Below are positions 10,495-20,600 of a DNA stretch of 64,000 nucleotides, piece by piece. The position numbers were made by a program, and so were the translations under genes. The DNA is from a virus: the IMG/VR virus record IMGVR_UViG_3300028534_000015, positions 92,171 to 156,170 of that record, one strand, 5' to 3'. The stretch's first letter is position 1. Every line of letters starts with the position of its first letter. The notes beneath the pieces are model-generated. The model saw nothing but the letters and a program-made list of their open reading frames with translations, ran no database searches and had not been told where the DNA came from.

Positions 10495-11385
10495 ATGGGA
10501 ACTTCTATACCCAAACTATCCTCTACAATTAACCAAGATTTTCAGTTAAGTAATTTTATAGACTTATCAGAAGCAGAGCAGTATAATACTGAACAACCTA
10601 TCATTAAAGATATTGTCTTAACATTTGGAGACATTGCGGGTGCTTTAGGTGATCTATACAATACTGTTATGGGACTTGTTAATGAATTCCTTAGTATTTT
10701 CTCTGGATTAAAACAGTTTTTTGATAAATTAGGACTAACCGATCTTTTTAAATCCATTTTCGATTTTGTATCTAATAATACATCAGGTTTTGGATTTTCA
10801 TTGGAACAAAGAACAAATCTTAGCGACATGTATGTTAACTCCTGTCTTAACTATAATAGCTATTTAAATACAAGTTACGGAAATAAATATAATGATTTGT
10901 ATTCGTTAACATTAGTAGGTATCTTAAATGCATTAATTTGTTTGGGGACTGAAGGTGCACTTACATCTCTTTATGCTATGTTATCGGATAATACAGAACT
11001 TGATAAAACAGAAGTAGATAATATGGTCGGGTCTTCTCTATCGTATTTTATGAATGAATCAAATCCTAATTCTATATCGTTGTTTGAAGAGATAGGTACA
11101 CTAGGTTTAGAAAAAAGCGTAAGTTATTATACACCAAACATTACTGAACTTGGTTTAAAGTACATAGAAAATGATACAAGTACGAATACTGATTATAATA
11201 AACTTATAAATAGTTTTCAATCATACGATAACTCATTTGGTACTAATACATTCGATATGTCTATTTTTGAAAATACTTCAAAGATAGGCTCGTTGGCGTC
11301 ATCTGCTATTTCAACAAGAGAACCAAGTAGTGATCCATACACTGTTTCAGATGTGTCTTTTGATGACATGTTATCTCTATTTTAA
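10495..11385 (+). CDS. Hypothetical, probably virion protein
   Basis: Track ORF 10462..11385; ATG 10495 follows AAAGGA RBS; no recognised motif. Confidence 0.5.
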   Translation: MGTSIPKLSSTINQDFQLSNFIDLSEAEQYNTEQPIIKDIVLTFGDIAGALGDLYNTVMGLVNEFLSIFSGLKQFFDKLGLTDLFKSIFDFVSNNTSGFGFSLEQRTNLSDMYVNSCLNYNSYLNTSYGNKYNDLYSLTLVGILNALICLGTEGALTSLYAMLSDNTELDKTEVDNMVGSSLSYFMNESNPNSISLFEEIGTLGLEKSVSYYTPNITELGLKYIENDTSTNTDYNKLINSFQSYDNSFGTNTFDMSIFENTSKIGSLASSAISTREPSSDPYTVSDVSFDDMLSLF

Positions 11386-11396
11386 TAAGGACTGAT

Positions 11397-11741
11397 ATGA
11401 GTTTAATTTTAAGTTTTATATCTAGAATTTCTTTGAAATCTAGACTTTTGATTATTTTAGGTGTTGTTGTTATGTCGGTGTTTTTATATATAAGACACCA
11501 AGACAAAACAATTGAACGATTAAATCTTGATAAAAAAGAACAAGAAATTGTTGACTATAAAGAGTTGTTTAAAGATAAACGATTTATAGAAGCATTAAAT
11601 AACACACTTGAAAATAATCTAAGTGTTGAGAATATGGCGTTAGAAGATATTAGAATTTCACATAAACATTCTATGGAAAATAATAAATCATCTGAAACTG
11701 CTATAGATGTTTTATGGGAGGTATATGAACATGTTAAATAG
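11397..11741 (+). CDS. Putative inner-membrane spanin (Rz-like)
   Basis: 114 aa; single N-terminal TM (LLIILGVVVMSVFLYI) followed by a helical periplasmic part; overlaps a lipoprotein gene. Confidence 0.65.
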   Translation: MSLILSFISRISLKSRLLIILGVVVMSVFLYIRHQDKTIERLNLDKKEQEIVDYKELFKDKRFIEALNNTLENNLSVENMALEDIRISHKHSMENNKSSETAIDVLWEVYEHVK

Positions 11742-12036
11742 ACTATGGATTATATTTCCTCTCATATGGCTCCAGGGTTGCGTATTTGAGCCTAAACCAC
11801 AAAAACCAAAGATAATACACACAACGCCACCTAACTCTCTTCTAAGGCTATATAGAACACCGCAACCACCCGATAAAAATAACTACTTATCATTGTCTGA
11901 AAAAGATAAAGAACTTGTTTTGGCAGATTATACGGTTGACCTACTCACAACAATAGGTAAGTATAAAAGACAAACCATTAAACTTCGTAAATGGAAAAAC
12001 GAAATAAAGAAAAAAGAAAATAGTAAGGAAGAGTGA
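11731..12036 (+). CDS. Putative outer-membrane spanin lipoprotein (Rz1-like)
   Basis: GGAGG RBS before ATG 11731; signal peptide with lipobox WLQG-C, then Pro-rich segment (TTPPNSLL...TPQPP). Confidence 0.75.
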   Translation: MLNRLWIIFPLIWLQGCVFEPKPQKPKIIHTTPPNSLLRLYRTPQPPDKNNYLSLSEKDKELVLADYTVDLLTTIGKYKRQTIKLRKWKNEIKKKENSKEE

Positions 12037-12055
12037 GACTTATGTCTCACTCTTC
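12028..12055. terminator. Hairpin at a convergent gene junction
   Basis: GAAGAGTGAGAC-TTAT-GTCTCACTCTTC. Confidence 0.7.
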
Positions 12056-12402
12056 TCTTCATCTTTTTTAAACTTAATGTTATTAAGCGTGTGATATGTT
12101 GCTTCATCTTCACGCTCTCCTCTAAGTCTTATCTTAACTGTTATTGAAAACTCAACAACATTGAGAGCATTCTTTAACAGGAAGATAAATTTATTAAAAG
12201 ACATTTCTGTTAAAGCAAAATCTGCTTTAATGTTATGGGTTGTAGACCCCTTTATGCCTTTTTTATTGTTTTCTGATATATACTTGTTCACAATATCTTG
12301 CCAAGTGTATATCAGTCCTCTATCCGACAATATCTTTCTAAATAACTTAGCCAATATGTTTCCTGGCTTCGTTATTTTAATTTCGTCTTCCCGCAGTTTC
12401 AT
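12040..12402 (-). CDS. Small basic hypothetical protein, phiKZ-like family
   Basis: 120 aa; GNILAKLFRKIL...MSFNKF pattern; AAGGAG RBS; TATATTAT motif upstream. Confidence 0.55.
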   Translation of the reverse strand: MKLREDEIKITKPGNILAKLFRKILSDRGLIYTWQDIVNKYISENNKKGIKGSTTHNIKADFALTEMSFNKFIFLLKNALNVVEFSITVKIRLRGEREDEATYHTLNNIKFKKDEEKSET

Positions 12403-12495
12403 TAGTTCTCCTTTTAAGGCGGGATTGGGGAAGAGTATTTCGCGACTACACTCTTAAACCCAAAATAATAATATATATATGAAAAATACTCGATA

Positions 12496-14577
12496 TCAGC
12501 TTCTCAAATAGAGACCTGAAGTATCGAATATTGCTCCTGTGAGAGTACCAAATGTTTTACCTAACAATGAATCACCAGTTAACATACCAAGATATGATGG
12601 AGATGTCAATGCTTTTACACCCATCACAGCTCTTGATGTTTGCAATAACCCATTCCTAAATGCGTATCTTGTTGTATGGTAATCCCTTCCGGCAAATGTA
12701 GATAAATATTTGTTAAGTGCGTTATTGTCATCAAGTCCTATACCGAAAGCACCTAACAACGATTGTTTAACAGGTGCCGCGAAGTACTCTGAAAAATCTT
12801 TTATTGTAAAAATTATTTCAATTCCTAGTGTTTTCCCGTCTTTAGAGAAGGCGATATTATTTACTGCTTTCTTAATTGTAATCGATGATATCATGCCAAA
12901 ATCAATGTTAAGTTTACCTCTTAGAAAGGCTCTACATAGTCTTGGAGATTGATATACATTCTGACCAACTCCTTGCGGTAATGTACCAGCTAAAAGTGAC
13001 GATAAAACTAAATCTATATCCATAGATTTTGAAATTACATTTCCATAAGGCGGAGTAGCTACTATCTTAAATGATTGTTCTGGTAAATTAACATTACTAT
13101 CAGACCACATTTTAGGGAAGTTCATATAGCCACCATTTGTCAACGCCATAATGACATTTGATAAACCAAATGTGACTTGATCTAATGTTCCAGCGACAAC
13201 ATCTTTAATTCCATCTTGCATTTTCTTGACAGTATAGCCAAAAATATTACCGCCACTTGTACTAAACCGTAGGTCTCTTGCTGCACCACCTAATTCTACA
13301 AATTTAGATTTAGCAGGAATATCTTTAAATTCATTCGAAGCCGAAAAGTCTGATGGATTAACATATTCTACAGTTAACATCAATGTCTGTCCACCGTCTT
13401 TAATAGTAGACATAGTTGCTTCTGCATATTCTTTAACTGTTTCTTCTGCTAACTCAAACGGGAATTTCAAATATCTCCATAAATTATCAGGTTTAAGATA
13501 ATCTACAAGATCTCCACTAGAAGCTGATTCAGCTTTCGGTAGATCTTCTTCAGCTTGTGTTTTTTTAGAATAAAAGAATTCTGATTTATCTTTAATAGCT
13601 TTAAGATATGCTTCATAGTTTACTTCTCTATCAAGTTGACCAGTAGCTTCGTTAAGAACACCATCAACTTGTGATTTAATAAGTCTTGTTGAGTTAAATG
13701 CAATTGTTTCACGCATAAGTTGTCTGTTTACTTCTACTTGTGCTCTTTGTGATATAGCAAAAACATCTATGTAGTTTGTTTCACTAAAAATTGCAGGAAG
13801 TGTCTCTTTTAAAGGCGCTAGTAAGTTACCGTCAACTTTTAGGGGAAGTCCTAGTTTGTTTTCTGCATCGCTAGGTGTAATTCCTGGAAGTAATATTCCG
13901 CGTTCTGTAGCCAAGTAGTTATGTATAGCACTTACAGACGCCCAGTAATCTGGCATGTTAGGTTTAAAATGATAGTATCTAGTATCACCATTACCTACAA
14001 ATGCTTTAAGTCCAAAAATACCCGCATATACCAAAGCTACATTTACATTAAGGGTTACTATTTGTCCTAGTACACCTATAACTTCTCCTACCGTATACCA
14101 TTTCGTATCTCTACCCTCTTTTGCAATAACAGATTTTTGATAATCTGCAGAACGCGCATAAAATGATAGCATAGATATAAATTCAGGAACCCCAAATTCT
14201 AGAACAAGTATTTCTCTGTTTACATCTATATAGTCACCGTAGCATCTCCCAACACCGATATTCCAACCGCTTACTTTATCATTTTCTATTTTAAAGTCTG
14301 CAGGACCGAAACCTTTTGTTCTGTCAAATCTCCTACCCATTCTCGGAATATCTGCATATCTTGTAAATTGATATTCTGGGTTAATTGTAAGAGACCCACC
14401 GATAGATGTATCGGTCAACATTCTATCTGAAAATGATGAAAAAATATTTACTCTTGCTTCTTCGTCTAGTTTTTTAAGATCAACAATAAAAGCATCTGTT
14501 AACCAATCTGAATCAAACACATTAGCTAAAGGATCTGTGTAAGTTATGGTTGACTCACCTGTATTAATAGTTGGCAT
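12496..14577 (-). CDS. Tail/baseplate virion protein, phiKZ gp182-like
   Basis: 693 aa; TDTSIGG..INP..QFTRYADIP, FGVPEF, FPKMWSDS, PYGN.IS motifs. Confidence 0.65.
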   Translation of the reverse strand: MPTINTGESTITYTDPLANVFDSDWLTDAFIVDLKKLDEEARVNIFSSFSDRMLTDTSIGGSLTINPEYQFTRYADIPRMGRRFDRTKGFGPADFKIENDKVSGWNIGVGRCYGDYIDVNREILVLEFGVPEFISMLSFYARSADYQKSVIAKEGRDTKWYTVGEVIGVLGQIVTLNVNVALVYAGIFGLKAFVGNGDTRYYHFKPNMPDYWASVSAIHNYLATERGILLPGITPSDAENKLGLPLKVDGNLLAPLKETLPAIFSETNYIDVFAISQRAQVEVNRQLMRETIAFNSTRLIKSQVDGVLNEATGQLDREVNYEAYLKAIKDKSEFFYSKKTQAEEDLPKAESASSGDLVDYLKPDNLWRYLKFPFELAEETVKEYAEATMSTIKDGGQTLMLTVEYVNPSDFSASNEFKDIPAKSKFVELGGAARDLRFSTSGGNIFGYTVKKMQDGIKDVVAGTLDQVTFGLSNVIMALTNGGYMNFPKMWSDSNVNLPEQSFKIVATPPYGNVISKSMDIDLVLSSLLAGTLPQGVGQNVYQSPRLCRAFLRGKLNIDFGMISSITIKKAVNNIAFSKDGKTLGIEIIFTIKDFSEYFAAPVKQSLLGAFGIGLDDNNALNKYLSTFAGRDYHTTRYAFRNGLLQTSRAVMGVKALTSPSYLGMLTGDSLLGKTFGTLTGAIFDTSGLYLRS

Positions 14578-14612
14578 ATGAATCCTTTATTTTATACTCA
14601 ACCAAATAATAC

Positions 14613-14640
14613 AGATGGTAGGTCTGATGACCTACCATCT
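14613..14640 (-). terminator. Hairpin at the end of the protease gene
   Basis: AGATGGTAGGTC-TGAT-GACCTACCATCT. Confidence 0.6.
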
Positions 14641-15402
14641 ATAAATACAATTTTCACCTTGACATTCACTAAAGAATTTTTCAACAGTATCTACAAAATC
14701 CATGTTGACACTAGATTCAAGACCTTCTGTGACTTCCTTATCATGAATCGCTCTAAGGTCAGAGAGTGTTTTCTTAAACTCGCCTACTTCTTCTTGATTT
14801 GCTAAATCGATAGATAAAAGTTCCTCGTTACCGACAGTTAACCCAACAGAAGAAACTTTATCTGATTTATTAACTCCATTTATTGTTACAAAGTCCCATG
14901 TAACAAGAACTATAACAGTTCTTACATATCCGGACTGTCTACAAATGGTTCTTACACTAAAAGATGCATTGATATTGTCATCTTTAAACGCATCTTCCAT
15001 TACATGCTTTAACTCACCGAAAGGTTTTACTTTTAAGTAAACTACTGCTTCTGTTTTATTTTTATTAAATTCAACAATAACATCTTTAATGAAACCGCAT
15101 ACTCTATCAGGAACAATCCTAGCAAGACGTGTAAAATATTCTTTATCTGTCATACCAGGAAGTCTTTCAGGGTGTCCGTTTTCACTAAACAATTTACCTG
15201 CAGTAACTCGCATCATAAATGGAGAGGATCTCTCTAGTGTTTTTATCAATTCCTCTGAAAGTTCGTAAACAATACCTGCTGAATTAGGAACGCCGAAAGT
15301 TCCTGCTCTTATTGTATAATATCCTTCATTATCTGGTTCAAAACCTCCGTTTTGTCTAACCATCTCCGCGACGTTTGAAGTAAAAACTAATCTTTCTCCC
15401 AT
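14632..15402 (-). CDS. Prohead (head maturation) serine protease, phiKZ gp175-like
   Basis: 256 aa; NSAGIVY, ENGHPE (His), KPFG, FSVR (Ser), TWDFV motifs. Confidence 0.85.
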   Translation of the reverse strand: MGERLVFTSNVAEMVRQNGGFEPDNEGYYTIRAGTFGVPNSAGIVYELSEELIKTLERSSPFMMRVTAGKLFSENGHPERLPGMTDKEYFTRLARIVPDRVCGFIKDVIVEFNKNKTEAVVYLKVKPFGELKHVMEDAFKDDNINASFSVRTICRQSGYVRTVIVLVTWDFVTINGVNKSDKVSSVGLTVGNEELLSIDLANQEEVGEFKKTLSDLRAIHDKEVTEGLESSVNMDFVDTVEKFFSECQGENCIYRW

Positions 15403-15411
15403 ATCTTTCCT

Positions 15412-16131
15412 TTAAAGTTTATAAAATTTTTCTATATCTGTTTCTTCTTGCGGTTCTTTATTAAGAACTGAAGTCTCACCTTGTGTGAAATATCTTCCTG
15501 TCAACTTCGCAATATTTGCTTCAATACCGTTAGCGACATCACCTAGTCCGACATATTGATATTCACCAATTTTTAAATTCCTTAAATCAGAATTAACTAA
15601 TCTAAGTTGTTTTGATACATCATTAGGGTCTCTGACCATTATTGAAATAGTTGCTTCAATACCTGCGGGATTATCTCCTATATTAGCACCACTGTATTTG
15701 TTACTTTTAATAAAGAAATCAAAAAGATCATTTGGTGTTATATAAAAAGGAACTTTTCCTTTTACAAGAAATTCATTTACGATAGAGAAAATAAATCCAC
15801 TATCTTTAATAACCTTCTTGCTTTTTATTAAAAAATTCCCTTCAGGAATAGTGAGTTTGATAAACTCTATATCAGATATTTTAACCTCTTCAATAATCGA
15901 CGGCTCTATTTCTGTATATAAAGGCAATGATGACAATATAACATTGTTTTTTTCATCTCCAACCATATACGTAGAGACAACTTTCACAGTCTCTTCTAAC
16001 GTAGCAAGACCTACGTCTACAAACCTCTTAGGAAAGTAAACGTAAAGTTCTTTAGTCGTTTTAACGCCTTGACCGCTATTTTTAAGATGTTTTGCAACTA
16101 TTTTAGACGGATTAAAATCAGTTATTTTCAT
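15412..16131 (-). CDS. Conserved hypothetical, phiKZ gp176-like by position
   Basis: 239 aa between protease and vRNAP operon; KGKVPFY and KLTGRYF motifs. Confidence 0.55.
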   Translation of the reverse strand: MKITDFNPSKIVAKHLKNSGQGVKTTKELYVYFPKRFVDVGLATLEETVKVVSTYMVGDEKNNVILSSLPLYTEIEPSIIEEVKISDIEFIKLTIPEGNFLIKSKKVIKDSGFIFSIVNEFLVKGKVPFYITPNDLFDFFIKSNKYSGANIGDNPAGIEATISIMVRDPNDVSKQLRLVNSDLRNLKIGEYQYVGLGDVANGIEANIAKLTGRYFTQGETSVLNKEPQEETDIEKFYKL

Positions 16132-17443
16132 GAGTCAATCCTTTAGAGACGACTCTCCCGATAATTTCAGCCAATGTCGCAACAATAGCTTGATCTCTTG
16201 TGAAGCCATATTGTGGTGATTCATAAATATGATAAGTTCTCATAAATACATCAAAACCTGTTTTAGTGTAAATCACTTCTCTAAAGATTCTCTCTATGTA
16301 TTTAACAACTTCTTTATGGTCAGTTAGAACTGGTCTGTTATAAATGAAGGTTTTAACATTATTAATAACGTCTCTTGTCTCAACAGTATCCATTTCTCTT
16401 TCTTTAATGTATTTTGTTAATTCAGAGATAATAATAAGTTTAAGTTCTCTCTCGCTAACTGCGTGCATTTCTACAACTGTATTTTTGTGGCGCTCTGTCC
16501 AAAGTTCAACAAAGTTTTTTGAGTTATTGATGACTTCGTCATATTTTAAACGCTTTAGTTTACTGTCGAGTTTTAATCCGGCGCCGAATAGTACTTCTAT
16601 AGGGTATTCTTCATTGATAAATCTTTCAAAAGGTTTTTCTAGAACTATCACAATGTTTTCTGAGCCAAATGTAATAAAAATATTGTTCATAGAAAGTTCT
16701 TCGAAAGACTTAATAGCCTTAGAAACTACTTCATTAATTTTTTGTAGAAGTGCTTCTACATAGTCAGAATTATCTGTAGTAATAAGACCGAATGAACCGT
16801 TTTGTAATTCTAACGCGATAAACCAACTCATGAAAAGTGCGTCAGTATTTGCAGCGTTTTCAACAGTGAGTCTTAGTCTAAGAATATCTGCTTTAAGCGG
16901 TGTGTCAAAACCATAGAATACGGAATTAATAACACGTTCTATTTCTTCATCTTCAAATTTATCAAAATACTCACCGATCGATCTTTTTAGATCTGATTTA
17001 GCATTCTTGAAGAAATTTCTGATTACTTCAGGTGTCAATTTGATATTCTTTCTCAAACCGTCATGTAGTACATCAATATTGTTTTGTGGTCTGTTATTAA
17101 TTTTATCGATAGTTCCTAATTCCTGAAACTCAATAAGTGGTTCTGGAATTGAAATGACTTTAACTATTGGTGTTTTAACAACTGAAGTACGTTTAGATGT
17201 TATTTCTGTATACGCGTCATGAATAGATTCTGAAACTTTAAAGATATCATTTAGAAATGACTTAAAGGTCATGATTTCATTAGCAAGCGCTTCGGATACT
17301 CTGTCTTTCATGCTAATAAACATCGGAGAGAGATTAAACTCATTTTCAGATAACATATAATCGTAAACAAGACTTCCCTTGCGCGGTGTTACTACTCCTA
17401 CAACATTCTCGATATACGCTGCTTTTTCTTTAATGAAACTCAT
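16118..17443 (-). CDS. Conserved hypothetical/virion protein, phiKZ gp177-like by position
   Basis: 441 aa; synteny; EVLFGA motif. Confidence 0.5.
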   Translation of the reverse strand: MSFIKEKAAYIENVVGVVTPRKGSLVYDYMLSENEFNLSPMFISMKDRVSEALANEIMTFKSFLNDIFKVSESIHDAYTEITSKRTSVVKTPIVKVISIPEPLIEFQELGTIDKINNRPQNNIDVLHDGLRKNIKLTPEVIRNFFKNAKSDLKRSIGEYFDKFEDEEIERVINSVFYGFDTPLKADILRLRLTVENAANTDALFMSWFIALELQNGSFGLITTDNSDYVEALLQKINEVVSKAIKSFEELSMNNIFITFGSENIVIVLEKPFERFINEEYPIEVLFGAGLKLDSKLKRLKYDEVINNSKNFVELWTERHKNTVVEMHAVSERELKLIIISELTKYIKEREMDTVETRDVINNVKTFIYNRPVLTDHKEVVKYIERIFREVIYTKTGFDVFMRTYHIYESPQYGFTRDQAIVATLAEIIGRVVSKGLTHENN

Positions 17444-17619
17444 TTATTTCTCTCCTTTTCAATTTGATCTTGAATACCCTTTGTAATCAAGCTTATCTGT
17501 GTTTTCTTTGTCTCTGGAGACATATTAATTCCGTTAATTCCTAGAGAGTTTTTTCTAAGAATAGTTGATAGAATAATTTGCGACACATCAATCGCAGCTT
17601 CAATAGGTGTTTTGTCCAT
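17440..17619 (-). CDS. Small hypothetical protein (59 aa, not in ORF track)
   Basis: AAAAGG RBS, ATG 17619, MDKTPIEAAIDVSQIILSTILRKNSLGING...EKERNK; stop overlaps next start (ATGA). Confidence 0.65.
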   Translation of the reverse strand: MDKTPIEAAIDVSQIILSTILRKNSLGINGINMSPETKKTQISLITKGIQDQIEKERNK

Positions 17620-17659
17620 AATTATTACCTTTTATGTCTGTTAATTTCAATGGAAAAGA

Positions 17660-20600
17660 CTAGCTTTTCCATATTTTTATCATTTGTTCTTGAATAAGAA
17701 CAACGCCTGTTGTTAAAAGTGCTGTAATGTCAGCGCTCTCTACAATTCTATTGTCTTTAGATTTTGTAGAGAACTTAAGATCAATTGGTCTTCCATCTTT
17801 TGTTCTTACTTTATTATCATGATTGGCAGAAACCGTGAACTTTAGCTGATTTCCAAGAACACCTTTGTCTCCATTAGTAAATCTTAAAGGTTTTTCGATA
17901 TAGATTTTAATCTCTACTTTCCCTTCTTCTAATGGTTTCCCTTTAATAGAATAAGATGAGTTCACTCTAAATTCTATATTGTGTTCTTCTTCTAACGTAG
18001 TTACAATTTTCTTTAGTGAAGCAGAAAGTTCTTTCTTCTCACAGTTGTAAAATACTTTGATGTTTTTTACATATCCATCTTTTTCTGCTTTTGGTGATGC
18101 GTTTCTAGACTCCTTAAGGATTCTTTCCGTCTCTTCATCAATGACATTCATAGTGCCTTCACGTACTTCAACGTTTTTAAAAATAGATAAAATAGGATCA
18201 TGATATTTAACATAGTCACCTATGCTAACCAAATTCTTTATAACGTCTTTAGCGTCTACAACTATAGATCGTACTTTTGTTAAAGGTGTTGTTAACTTAT
18301 TACCGAAGTTAGGTGATACTGTCGTAGAGTCTTCATATGTTTCATCTATCTCTTGGAAAGCAACAGTTGCCAAAACACCTGTTTTTATAGCTACGGCTTT
18401 TTTATCATAAATATCTCTCTCGAAGAATAACGTATCAAATGCTAAAATTTGATCTTTTTCAAACCTAGAACCTTTTCTAAGATCTGTGTCTAGTCTGTGC
18501 ATATACGTGATGCCTGCTTCTTCTTTTGTATTCCACTGCTTAAACTCAATTGTTTCTGTTTTCTTATCTACATACAGAACAACAAGTTTTTTATCGGAAA
18601 CACTTTTTACGATCCCGTCTAATCTCGCCTTTTTGATAAACTTTGAAGGTATTCTATCACCTATAACTGTATCATAACCTGTTGATACAGGAAGAACAAC
18701 AGCATATAACATAGGAACTAAGTGACCATTCATAATGGATGTAAAGTTCATACGTTTCAAATCATCTCTATTGTTAAACGGAGCAAGCATTGTAGAAGTA
18801 CTCATAATGTTAACCTCATTGAGTTCTTCAATAGGCTTGACATCTACAATACCTCTTGTATTTTTTAATTTAGGCGCTGCTGAACTGTAAGCAGTGATTC
18901 CTACATCTCCACTATCTTTTACTGATTCCGATGTTATTCCTATTTCAGATTCATGAATCTCTCTTGCTTCACCAACAACAGTTTCTTTACTTCTACCGAA
19001 CTCTCCTGTTAGAACAATGTCCTCATACTGCTTTAACATAGCAATAGGATTAAGGTCCTCTTGTAACATCGTCGCACTATCTTCATTCAATTTTCTCATT
19101 GTGTCAAAAGGGTTTACATTAACAGTATTATTATATGTTCCAACACCGTTATAAAAACTTCTAATAGCATCAACGTTTGTTTTATACATCATACCAGCTA
19201 TTCTATCATACTGTTTAATCATCATATTTTTGATGTTGTTAGGATGATTAACATAGTCAGTTGTTAAAATTTCACACGCTCTAAGTAAGAGCTCTCTAAA
19301 TATAACTGGTTCTTTAATAAGCTCTAAGACTTCTTTTGTAATAGGATCTATAAACATCTTATCCATTAAGAACATTTCTGTTACTTGGTATTTAGACATT
19401 CCTATCATATAACAGAAATCAACAAGACCGCCATGTGTTGAAAACTCTGAAAAATCTATGTTTTGTAGTTCTTTTAATTCAGTTAATCCATAAAGTACTA
19501 AACCTATAATAGGTTCAGAATTTTCTATCTTTAACATTGTGTCTCTAAATTTGATATAAAAATAGGACCCGTCTCCCTGTTCTTTTATTCTGCCTGAAAC
19601 TTTTTCATACTTAACATTAAGTCTTTTTAAAAGACCTCTAAACCCATACATATAAGCTAAGAATAAACCTACAGGTAGTTCAAAGCCTTTTACTCTCACT
19701 GTAGCAAAATCTAAAGGAAGAATGCTTTTATTTATATTAAAAAACTTATACATATCAATATCGAGATTTTTTAATTCACCTTTATGATATGTGTAAATAG
19801 TATTATTCATATCTATAAGATAGTAAGTGTTTCCTTTCTTACCAAATAGAACTTTGTCTTTTCCTTCCATTTTTTTAAGGAGTTTTTTATCTCCATTCTC
19901 TACCTGTTTAGATCTTTTATGATAGTTAAAGAAACAGACAATACCGTTTATCCTAACCATAGACATAAATCTTCCAAATAGAGTGTATTGATAAGGAAGT
20001 TTGACTTCATAAATTTCGTTTTTAGACTCAATGACAAGATTGACGCTACTATCTTTGTTTGTAGCTTCTGTCTTAAGATACTGCATAATTTTGTAGCCTC
20101 TATCTTTAGACTCTAGTCTTGAACGTTCTACAAAGAGTTTTCCGTAGAATGAAGATAATGATGATTCACTTCTAGAAATCTTACGTATAGGCAAATCTGT
20201 CTTTTGTTTACGCATAATATATGTATTACCACTTTGCATAAACGTTCCATCTTTTTTAAGACCGGGAATAATATGTCGAATAATCTTTTTATTACCGTTT
20301 GGTAAAACAGTATGAAGTGTGTAAGTTTGCTCTTCTCCTAAAACTGTATTTTTCTTTTCTATAGTGAAATCTTCAACAAGTATACCTGCAGATTGAATCG
20401 AAACAGCTATATTCTTAATGTCTGTCTCGTATGTTTCCTCAATATACTTTTTCATAAAAGGTGTGAGTGTGTCTTCTAACATTGTTTTATCGTCTACAGT
20501 AACACGGTCATTTAACTTAACGTCTTCTTTTCTTAACTCAATTACTTCTTCTGGTATTTTCTCAACTTTGAATTTAGAGTTTTTCAGTCTTTCTTTCAGA

